A stretch of DNA of 64,000 nucleotides from Piromyces finnis finn (taxonomy: Eukaryota > Fungi > Neocallimastigomycota). Position numbers and translations under genes: made by a program. Where the stretch lies: assembly GCA_002104945.1 (NCBI GenBank), contig MCFH01000010.1, positions 124,001-188,000 of the forward strand. The letters run 5' to 3'. Below the pieces are notes generated by a model that saw only the letters and a list, made by a program, of their open reading frames with translations, searched no databases and had not been told where the DNA came from. Positions 43,863 to 54,967 of this stretch are shown piece after piece. The number at the start of each line of letters is the position of its first letter. Position 1 is the stretch's first letter.

Positions 43863-44747
43863 TGAAATTATTTTTAAAATTTATCATATTATTATTACAA
43901 TTGTTTTTTTATTTGAATTATATAGTAAATCCTTGCTATTTTCTTTTTTACAAAATAAAGAGTAATACAAACAATTATAATCAGAAAAATTTTATAATTC
44001 TCATATCATTATTTCCCTTTTTTTTTTTAAAAAAAAAAAATAAAAATGAAGCAACATACAAAAAAAAATAATACTAATCGATAATTTACTTTATCTCCTT
44101 AATGAAATTTTCATTAAAAATATAATTATTATGTGTAATGTTTATTTATAATTAATAATTTTTTTATTTCAGGAAATTATTAAATACTTTTTTAATATTT
44201 TTGAAAGATTATAATAACCATTATTTTCATTTTTTCATAATTTTTTAACATTTTCTAATATTATGATTTCTACTATTATTTAAATATTTAAATTCTATTT
44301 TATAAAATATGAGAAGAAAAAAATGAAATAAAAAAGTTATTACAAATACATTAATTTTCATTTATCTTTTTTTTAACCAATAAAAATTATCTAAATTTGT
44401 ATATAAAATATATTATGTATTTTCCTTTTCTGTATGTTCTATTTCTAATAATAATGTATACAATTAATTAATAATTGAATTTATAAGTTTAAGAATATGT
44501 AAGAAAAAAAAAAAAGGCTCATCTTAAATTATGGCGTTCAAAAAAAATATATATTATTTTATAATATTTATAATAATAATAATAATAATAGTACTATTTA
44601 ATAATAGTGATATATTTATTCTATTCTATTCATATATAAATTATCTTTTTTTTTCTAAACAGGAATGAATGAATAAAACTAAGGATTGAATTATTTATAA
44701 TTCTATTTTATTATTGTAAAAGGTAAAATTCTTTTCTTTATTCAACT

Positions 44748-44798
<51 letters not shown>

Positions 44799-45617
44799 TT
44801 AATAGAGTTATTTAATTAAATAAAAAAAAATGGTAATAATGTATTACCTTCTATTAAATAAATTGAACCATATATTAATTTAATATATTACCATTTTTTT
44901 AAAAAAATAATTTTTGTTAATACCAAGGATGAAAAAAAAAAATTAATTAAACTTAATATATATATTAAAAAGTTGTAATGAAAAATAGGTAGAGTTTTTA
45001 TTTTTTATAAAAAGTTTATAACTTTAAAAGATCTATTTATTAAATCATTCTATAATTATTAATGTTTTATTTCTTATAAAGTTATTATTCTAATCTATAT
45101 TAATTGGATATTAATTGGCTGTAAATTTTGCTAAAATAATGTTGTCCTAACTTTTTATATTTAAAATATAATTTTTTTTTTGATTTGGATATTTATTCTT
45201 TAATTATAATAACACAAAAATAAAAAAATGAAAAATGAAAGATTTTTTTTTTTTTTTTTGATTAAATATATCTTTTATTTATATTTTTCTAAATAATGGT
45301 TTAAAATTCTTATTAAAAATAAAAAAAATGATTAATAAAATAACTTTATAAAATAAATATTATTATTATAGATAAAATTAAGTAATATTAAATGACATTA
45401 AAATAAATAATTGATATTAAAACCTTCAATATGTATATAATTCTATATTGCTAATAATTTATTAAAATAATTAAAAGAAAGAGATTATATATACTTTTAT
45501 TAATAGATAAAAAATAATTAAAATATACTACTAATATGATCATATTTTTCTTTATATAATAAAAATCTGATATATTGTAGAATATGATTAACACTATTAA
45601 TTCGCAAGATATACTCT

Positions 45618-48600
45618 TTATTCTTCCTTAGTTTCATTTTCCTTGGTTGGTTTGTATTTTTTAAAAATTTGTATTTTTCTATTTTGGTATTTCATTTTTT
45701 TTTTAAAAGCTAAAAATTCAGTCACCTCAGATACATTAGCGATAGCTTTTTCAGAATCAGGGATAGTAATAATATCTGGAATGGTCATGTTACTTATATC
45801 TCTTTTCAATGCTCTTTCTTTAATACTATCATTGGTTCTAACAAATGGTAAATAATAAGATAAAGTATAGATAATGGTGGCAATTCTACAAAAGTTAGTG
45901 GAAAGGATTTGATAAAATATTGGAAATACAACGCAAACTTCAAAAGGTAATTTAATTTTTGGGTTATTTCTTGCGATGATTAAATTAAAGATATCTAAGC
46001 TAATGAGTGAAATGGCAATGCAAATGCAAACAATCATTAGTGCTGGTAAATAAGAATGCATTAAAAACATAAATACTAATAGCACAAGAAAGGCGTAATC
46101 GTTTAAGATGGAAATAATAAAATCAAAACAAAATAATTTAGCTGTAAGAGTAGCTCGATGATTCCAACGACATTTATGGAGCAAACAATAAAGGAATTTA
46201 AAAAGAAAACGATGACGTGCTGGTTCCCAATAAGCAACACGTTGACGTGACAATGAATATTGACCACAATCGCAATCTTTCATATTTTCTCCTAGAAAAT
46301 GTGGAAGATATTCTTTTAAGTGGAAATAGCATCTTGGTACAAGAGTATCTATGATAACATGTGCTATTTCAATTTTATAATTACCATCATGTAATTCATT
46401 TGGATCACAAAATTGAGGTTTACCATACATGGTATGAAGACGAAGACCAAGTTGTAAATCATCTCCACGGAAAACTGTATCATGACGATAAAGACACTCC
46501 AATAGGAATGGGGTACTCCAAGTACTCATAGCCCCACTTGGGAATACTACTGTACCAATATCCTTATGTACCTTTTTACTGTACATTGAAATAATATATT
46601 CAAGATTTTGAAATGCTGAAACTATACCTTCACGACGATTACTTGCAATAATAGGATAGGCTAATGCTTTTACATTTTGATCCTTTTTAAAGTAGGATAA
46701 AATTTCTTCTTCAACCCAATTTTCCGGAATTAATACATCATCATCGATAATTGAAATGTACTTGATATCAATACCCGACCAAAACAAATTATTTATTAGA
46801 CAAAATTGAGCTAAAGTTTTAGAACCTTCATTTAAATTTGCATAAATAATATTTAATCCACAATAATTAGGATGTGTACATCTAAAGTGATGACTATAAC
46901 GGTCTACAATTTCCTTCATTTTTTGTTTTTCACTTGGAGAGGAACCATTTTCAGCTATGAAAATTGACATTGGCGTAGTAATTTTCAATAAATTTTCCAA
47001 AGTTGCTGGCAACACATCTGAACTATTATGACATACAATAAGAAAAGCATGATTAATACTTTTATACATGGATACAATTTTAGATTGTTTATTTTTATTT
47101 CCATGAACAATGTCAATTTCTATGACATTTCCTATTTCTTCATTTGGTATTCCGTCGTTACCCAAATTAATGTTGATGAATGAATTATTTGTGTCTGTGC
47201 TATTATGTTTGTTATAGTTAATACCCTTATCCCCATTCGAATCCCTATCATGAGTGGAATAGTTATTGGCACTATCTGAATTATTATTGAAAATGATTGT
47301 ATTATTGGATGCACTACTATTGTCATAAGTATCACTATATAGGGTAAAACCATCGTCTTCTTCATCATTAATAATGGTTGATGAACTATCCATTTCATTA
47401 TAAATAGCTAATGATTTCTTATTAAGAGAAGGCCATTTTACAAAAGGTGCGCCTAATAAAATCATAAAACTTTCTCTATTAAGTAAAAGCCAACATATAA
47501 TATTAAAGGTTATAAAGGGTATGCTGAAAGTTGCATAATTATTAATGATATAATTATATATTTTTCGACAGAGAACTTTGTAATAACTAAACTTTAGATT
47601 GGATCCAATTAAAAAATAGGATATTATAATCATGATCACAAGTTCAAATAAAGCAACCAACCAAAGCTTGAAAAAAGTAAAAGGAAAAAGTCTTGTTTTT
47701 TTATTGGAAAAAAAGTACCAAACAAAAGGATTAATGAAAACACCGTATAAAAGATGAATAAAGATGATTATGAATGATATTAAGAAAGCATTTGTAAAAA
47801 TAGAGTAGATACTGAATAAATTAATATTACGATTAGATTTAATAATTTCATCTCGCCTTTTTTTAATAAATATTTTCAAAGAGGCATAATCCTTTTCTAT
47901 ATTTGACATTTTATTTATTTGATTATTATTCTTATCAAGGATAGGTTCCAGTGAACCGTCCCATTTTAAATCTGCATGAACCATATTGAAAATACTATCC
48001 ATTCTATCTAAAAATAAGGTAGTTCCAAAAAAATTATTTACTATATAATTTATATAATCTCTAGTGTTATGTTTTTCACTTGAATAATTCATTAAATTAT
48101 CAAATATTGGTCTTCTCGTATCTTGTTTTCCTTTTCCTATAAAACGAAATTCCTCAAATTCTGTATAGATATAATTTTTACTCCAATCATTTAATGGTGA
48201 AGAAAAATATCCTTCATGATAATTCCATTGGTTTTTTGTCTATCGAGTTAAGAAAAAAAAATTTTAAATATTAATTGGTATGTTATCTTTTTTTTTTTTT
48301 TTAAATAATAACCATTTTATATCTATCTATCTATATATACTATATATAATATTTCATAAAAGATATAACTACTTACTTTATCATAATATAAAAAATAATT
48401 GGTTCCATTATATAAATAGCCATGCTGATTATTTAAAATGTAATCTATAGTCATTATTTTTAAAAATGAATCATAATTAAAGTTTTTTTTTAATTGGTCC
48501 AAGGAATTAAAATTTTCAGTCATATAGAATAATTTAGCAAGATCATTTTTGGAATGAAAAGTTTCAGGAGATTCAATTCCTTGATACCAATAATTTGCAT

Positions 48601-49896
48601 AACTATCTATATTTTCATTAATTAACAGTTTTGGGAATGTTTCAATTAAATCAAATTCACCATTGTATTTCATTGGAGAAAAGTGACTATTCATTTGGCC
48701 ATACATTTCAGTAGTGTTAAATTCATTTTTAAAATAATCAATATTTGGATTTTCTTTGATTAAATAAAAACCTATAGGGTTATTATTAAAATAAACTCTG
48801 GTAAATCCCACTTGAGCAGATGGTACATCCATAACATTACAGATATCGGTATTATGACGAAGCATAAGATTATCAGAAGAAGTAGATACTAATTGAATAC
48901 TAGTCTTATTAAACAGATTATAATATAATTTATCTGTGGGAGATGTTTGTGGTTGGGTTAAACTGTACTCTTTATAGGAGAGAAAATAAGAAGTTTTTTT
49001 AGGGTTATGATTCTTTTGAAAATAATATTTATTGGAATAGTAGGTAGTAAAATAAATATCGGTATTTATATTATCTGCCAATGCATTTATTTCCAATAAT
49101 AAATTTTCAAACTTTCCCACCGCATATGGAGTAATAATAGTAGCACTTACTTTTAATGATGGACTATTTTGTGAATTGGTGTAATGAGCATTTTCTAAAT
49201 CCTTATAGCCGGAAATGTCACCATTTAAATAAATTGTTGATATAAAATTATCAGAAAACAATTCTGAATACTTGTTTTGATTTCTGGTTATTTGGTTTCC
49301 TACTACCGTAGAAAGATCTGGATGATTATAAATTGAATCATTTCTATTGAAAAATTCATTTAACGGTTGGTTAGAATTCATATTCGATGGTTGAGCCAAT
49401 CTTTTAAAATTTTCTTCTTTTATGATTTTATTTTTATCAGTGATACTATAAGAAACATAACTATATGTTTCCTTTTTATCTAATTCATATTCTCCTCTCC
49501 AAATAGGATAATCTGTATCATCTAAATCTACTATTTTATTATTAATTTTCAGACCTACTTTTGTTGTATTTCTATTCACCGGGAACACTACACTAAATTG
49601 ATGAACCTCTAATTTTTTATATAACAAATATAACATTTATATAATATATATGTTATAATGTTATAAGTCAATAGGTAAAAATATATTATAAATGTATATT
49701 ATTATTATGATATTATGATATGATTATTAATAACAAAATTTAACAGCTAAAAAAATTATAATTATAATATAAATAAAAATTAAAATATATATATATATAT
49801 ATTCTTTAAATACTAACTTGAATAAACATTTGTGAAAAGAATTATTAATTCAAATAAATAAGTAACCCTATATATAAAATTCTTCTTTTTCAACAT
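45618..49896 (-). CDS. Signal peptide + CotH-like kinase domain + multi-TM processive GT2 glycosyltransferase fusion, about 1310 aa; exons 49896-49818, 49608-48377, 48239-45618
   Basis: Exon 1 is MLKKKNFIYRVTYLFELIILFTNVYS with donor gttagt (phase 1). Exon 2 is CotH-like (DVPSAQVGFTRVYFNNNPIGFYLIKEN; NYDSFLKIMTIDYILNNQHGYLYNGTNYFLYYDK) with donor gtaagt (phase 0). The acceptor at 48241-48240 gives TKNQWNY..., open and in frame with the 824-aa ORF (147 nt to ATG 48092). GT2 motifs: IIDDDV, FPSGAMSTW, RGDDLQLG and RQRVAYW, with flanking TM helices. Confidence 0.85.
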
Positions 49897-50649
49897 TTTT
49901 ATTTTACTAATAATAATGTATATAAAGACTATTAAGTAAGTATATCAAGTATATTATTATTTAGTGTTAATACTATAAAGTATTGCTATTTTTAAATAAA
50001 TAAAAAAAACAAAAACACTTGATAAACCTTTTTATTTTTCTTTATTTTTTATATAGGATTTCCAACCAATAAACCTTGAGAAATAAATAAATATATATTT
50101 ATTTTATTTAAATCATCCATTGAATAATTATTCCATATTTAAATGGGTATTTAAATATATAAAAAATATTAAAATTAAAAATAAATTAAATTTATGAATT
50201 TTTTTTTTTAATACCAAAAAAATTTTTTTTAATAGTAATACTAATGATATTATTTAATATTAAGCAAAAATAAAAGGTAATATTATTTTAATAAGAAATA
50301 TCATATTTTACTATTTTATATTCATCCTTTTAATATTACAATTTTATTTTACTTTTTTTTAAAAAAAGCCTTTTTTTTCCTTATTGAATAATCTTCTTTT
50401 TTTTGATAGCAAACTTTTGGGTTGGTTACCTGACCAATCAAACAAAAAAAAATTTTTAATATTCCTTCTTTTGTATTTTTATAACTCTTGGCATATTTTT
50501 TTTTCTTTTTGGATGCTTTTATTTCATTTATAAATATATTTTTATATTGACGCTCTTTAACATCGTTTTATACTTTTAATATTTTTTATTAGTAAAGCAA
50601 TTCAATTTCATATTTAAATATTTTTTTTTAAAAAAAATCTTATTTAAAG
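49897..50649. promoter_or_regulatory. Putative bidirectional promoter (753 bp) between the CotH-GT2 and LRR-GH genes
   Basis: Divergent ATGs at 49896 (minus) and 50650 (plus). CCAAT words occur at 50066-50070 and 50434-50438, the second inside a short inverted repeat. Function is inferred from geometry only. Confidence 0.45.
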
Positions 50650-51811
50650 ATGAATATAAAATTTTTAATAGCGGTTTTTCTTTTTCTATTCCTGTTGCCT
50701 TTTTCTGTGGATAGTTTAAATTCCTGTCGAAAACTGAAAAATCACTTGTGTCCTTCATGCGGTAAAGAAGACTATCAATGTGAAACCAATGAAAAGGGTG
50801 AGATAGATAGATTATATGTAATATGAAACAATACAATGCTTTAAACTATTTTTATCAAGTTTTATAGCTATATTATTAATATAATATAATTTGATAATTT
50901 GTATATATTCATAAAAATTAATGTATAATAAATATATATTATAGACATATTAATAATCAAGATTTTAGTGGTGGTATTCCAGATAAGATTTTCGAAATAA
51001 CTTCTATAACATCATTGTAAATAATACTTTTTTTTTCTATTTGAAAAACTTATTAAAATAACCTGTACTAACTTTTTATTATTTATAAAAATCAAATGTG
51101 TCTATGTCTTTAAAAATAATAAATTTATATATATATATATTTATAGATATTTACTAAATGACAAAATTTTTACACTTTCGAATCAAATTAGTAATCTAAA
51201 AAATCTTTTAAGACTGTAAAATTTATACCTTTTAATATAAAATATATCACTTAAAACACTTTTTTTTTTATGAAAAAATTTAATTTAATAATAATACTAA
51301 AAATTATAATATTTTAAATTCACCTTAACTATTTTATTTTATATGATTAATACAGAGATGTTAGAAAAAATAATTTGAAAACTATTCCTTCAACTATTAG
51401 AGATCTTAGTAAACTTAAATACTTGTAATTTTTTAAAAATTTTAAAAAGAATTCATATAAATAAGCTTTTATATTTTTTTTAAATAAAAAAGGCCAAAAA
51501 AATTAATTTATATATTTTTACTAACTTCTTATTTCCATTTATCTATAGAAAACTAAGTAATAATCCTATAACAGAACTTCCAGAAGAAATTGGAAATTTA
51601 AAGGAACTTAGATCATTGTAAATAAAAAATATAAAAGGATTAAAAAGAAAACTTTTTTTTGATATTAATTTAAATTCCTCCCTTTTTTTTTAATTGATTT
51701 TTTATTTCTATACTAAGATATTTAACAAATTGTAAATTGAAAAAACTGCCATCGTCCATTACTCAACTTTCTAATCTACAAGATTTGTGAGTACTTCTAA
51801 AAATTAAAAGA

Positions 51812-51862
<51 letters not shown>

Positions 51863-54528
51863 AATAATTGTATTTTTTATATAAATTTTTATTTTAATTT
51901 AATAATAGAAAACTTGAAAATAATGAATTATCAGCTATTTCAGAAGAAATTAAAAATATTAGAAATAAAAAACAATTGTAAGAGTTATTAAAATATATTT
52001 AAATATGGTTATAAAAGTTAAAATAATAAATAATTCTTTATTTAACTTTTTTTTTCATAAAGAGTTTTAGATAACAAATCGATTGTTGAATCCTCAATTA
52101 CACATAATGAAACTGATTTTATGTAAGTTAATTTAAAATAAAATTATTAAAATGGTTTTAATTAAAAAAAAATATTGATATCACTATGAAAGTTAACTAA
52201 TATAGAATGAATCAATTTATTTATTAATAATATTAAAAAAATTTTAACAGGTCCTATAAAATAACTAGTTTGGTTAGAAAAAAAAATTTATCATTTTATA
52301 AGGATGAAGGCGTCTCTTATATTGCCAAAACTAATGGTAGATATCTTTCAGTATATGACGGCTCTACTTTCAAAGATATTTATATTCAAGGTGTAAATAT
52401 TGGATTAGGTTTACCAAATTATTTTCCCGAAGAAACTGGAATTGCTTATGATCAATATTATGATTGGTTTAATAAAATTGCGGAAATGAATGCTAATTCC
52501 ATTAGAGTTTATACCATACAATCACCTGAGTTCTATAAAGCCTTTTATAATTATAATAAAAACAATAAGCATAAACCAATCTATTTATTTCAGGGTACAT
52601 GGTATAATGAAGATCGTTGGTTAGAAACTCAAAATGCATTTGATTTAGAGCTACTTTCTAATCTTTATCAAGACACAAGAGACTTAATAGATATAATCCA
52701 TGGAAATTCAATTTTACCGAAATTGCCAGGAAGAGCATCAGGTATATATTCATTTGATATATCTCCTTGGTGTATTGGTTGGATTTTAGGTGTTGAATCG
52801 AGTAAACAATTTGTAAATACGACAAATATTTGTAATCCAGATAAAACTCATTATAAAGGGGAATACATTTCAGCCAATAATATACAGCCTTTTGAAGTTT
52901 TCTGGGCCATGACTGCTGATTATACAGTTTCCTACGAAATGACGAATTATAAAACTCAAAGACCTATTAGTTTCTCCAATTGGCTTACAGCCGATGTCAT
53001 GCGACATCCTAGTGAAACAATGGAAGATGAAGATACCGTTACACTAGATATTCAACGACTTACCCAAGAAGATGCCTTTAAATGTGGATTTTTCGCTTCT
53101 TATCATGTTTATCCGTATTATCCAAATTTTATGTGGACACAAAAAAATTATATTGAACATAAAAATGATGATGGCAAAATAGACCCGTACGAAGCGTATT
53201 TACAAGATTTGAAATCAGTTCATTTCGATAACATTCCCCTTCTTGTAGCAGAATTTGGAATACCATCTTCTCGTGGAATAACCCATCAAAATCCTATTAC
53301 CGGTTATAATCAAGGAAAAGTTGATGAAAAAACACAAGGACATATGCTTGTTGAAATGGCAAAAAGTATTAAAGCTAATAATTACACTGGTTGTTTAATT
53401 TTTTCATGGCAAGATGAATGGTTTAAGCGTACTTGGAATACTATGGATAATACAAATGAAACCAGAAGAGCGTATTGGGATGATGTTCAAACAAATGAAC
53501 AAAACTTTGGTATACTTGATTTTGTTTCCTATACCGATGACCATAAGATTATGATACTCGATGGCAAAACAGATGACTGGACCTCCAATGATAAATTTAC
53601 TGAAACAAGGAATATCAAGATGTCAGTTAAAAAGGATGCCGCCTATATTTATATTTTACTTGAAGCAAATACTATGGTTGATTTAACAAAGGATAGAGTA
53701 TTGATATCTTTTGATGTTACTCCGAAGTCCGGTTCTCACATCTATACCTCCCATGATGGTAAAGATATTTTTAATTTTTCCGAAGCTGTTGATTTTGTGC
53801 TTGAATTAAACGGACGAAATGATACAGAAATATTTACCCATGAATATTATGACAAGTTTGTCTATTCCTATTATCAGTATGAAGAAGTGAAAATCAAAGG
53901 ATTAAAGCCTGCCACTTCACGTAAAAGTTCAGTGTTTAATTCGATTAAACTTTTAAATGAAATAGAACTTCTTCTTCCTGATAGAAATGAAACGATCAAT
54001 ACACTCTATGATATTACTGGTAAGCTTTTATTTGGAAGTACGGATAAAGCATCTCCAGATTATTCAACAATATCGGATTTCTATTTAACCCCATCTATTG
54101 CTGAAATAAGAATTGCGTATGGTTTACTTAATTTTAGAGATCCATCATCTTTAGCAATTGAAGATGATTTCTATGCTCTTGATAAGAATGTTGATTTAGA
54201 AATAGATTCAATTAAAATAGGACTTACTGAAGGCAATAACACCATATTCAAAACCTTCTCATGGGATAAATGGGATACTGTTGCTTATCAAGAAAGGTTA
54301 AAAGATTCCTATTCTATTTTACAAGGTTATTTTGCAGAAGAAGAAAATTCCAATCATTCCTATAAGAAAATTATAATACTATCTATACTAATGATTATTA
54401 TACTATTGTTACTATTCTTACTATTTTTTTTTTCAAAAGAAAAAATATTATTAAAAAAAATATACAACCTTAAAGCAAAGCAAGACAAAAAAACAAAAAA
54501 ACAAAAAAATAGTCCAAATTTATTATGA
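50650..54528 (+). CDS. Signal peptide + Cys cap + LRR array + clan GH-A (TIM-barrel) glycoside hydrolase + C-terminal TM anchor; exons 50650-about 50800, about 50945/50962-51016, 51147-51215, 51356-51424, 51549-51617, 51718-51786, 51909-51977, 52063-52122, 52251-54528
   Basis: Exon 1 is MNIKFLIAVFLFLFLLPFSVDSLNSCRKLKNHLCPSCGKEDYQCETNEKG. Five 69-nt phase-2 LRR exons follow (e.g. KLSNNPITELPEEIGNLKELRSL) and splice in frame into the 752-aa ORF. GH motifs: IQGVNIG, MNANSIRVYT, WILGVE (acid/base), ASYHVYPYYP, LLVAEFG (nucleophile) and FSWQDEWFKRTWN. TM: IIILSILMIIILLLLFLLFFF. The exon 1/2 junction is ambiguous. Confidence 0.85.
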
Positions 54529-54967
54529 TATTAAATAATTTCAATATTTATTATTATTATTATTTTTAATTATCATAGAATATACTATATTATTATTATC
54601 TATAATTATTTATTATCCATTATTTATTATTTCTTATTATTTTCATTATCCTAGACTCTCAAACAGTATACTGGAAGTAAAATAAATACAATAAAATTAA
54701 TTATAAATTTGATTTTTTATATTTTATAAATAATACTAAAAAAATTATCTTTTTTTTTTTTTTTTTTTTTTTGTTTTGGTTTATTTTTATTAAATCTATT
54801 TTAAACTAATAATTATAATGCTAATAATAATAATAGCATTTACTGTAATGTCATATATATTTATTATATATATATTATATATTATACTATTTATTAATAC
54901 TATAAAGTATTATGTAACTACACTATAAAAAAAAAATTTAATTATTAGATTTTCCTTTTTTTTTTTA

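Noticed and set aside
50576-50836. 86-aa minus-strand ORF
   Set aside because: It is antisense to the signal-peptide exon of the LRR-GH gene, which has a proper ATG, hydrophobic core and Cys cap.
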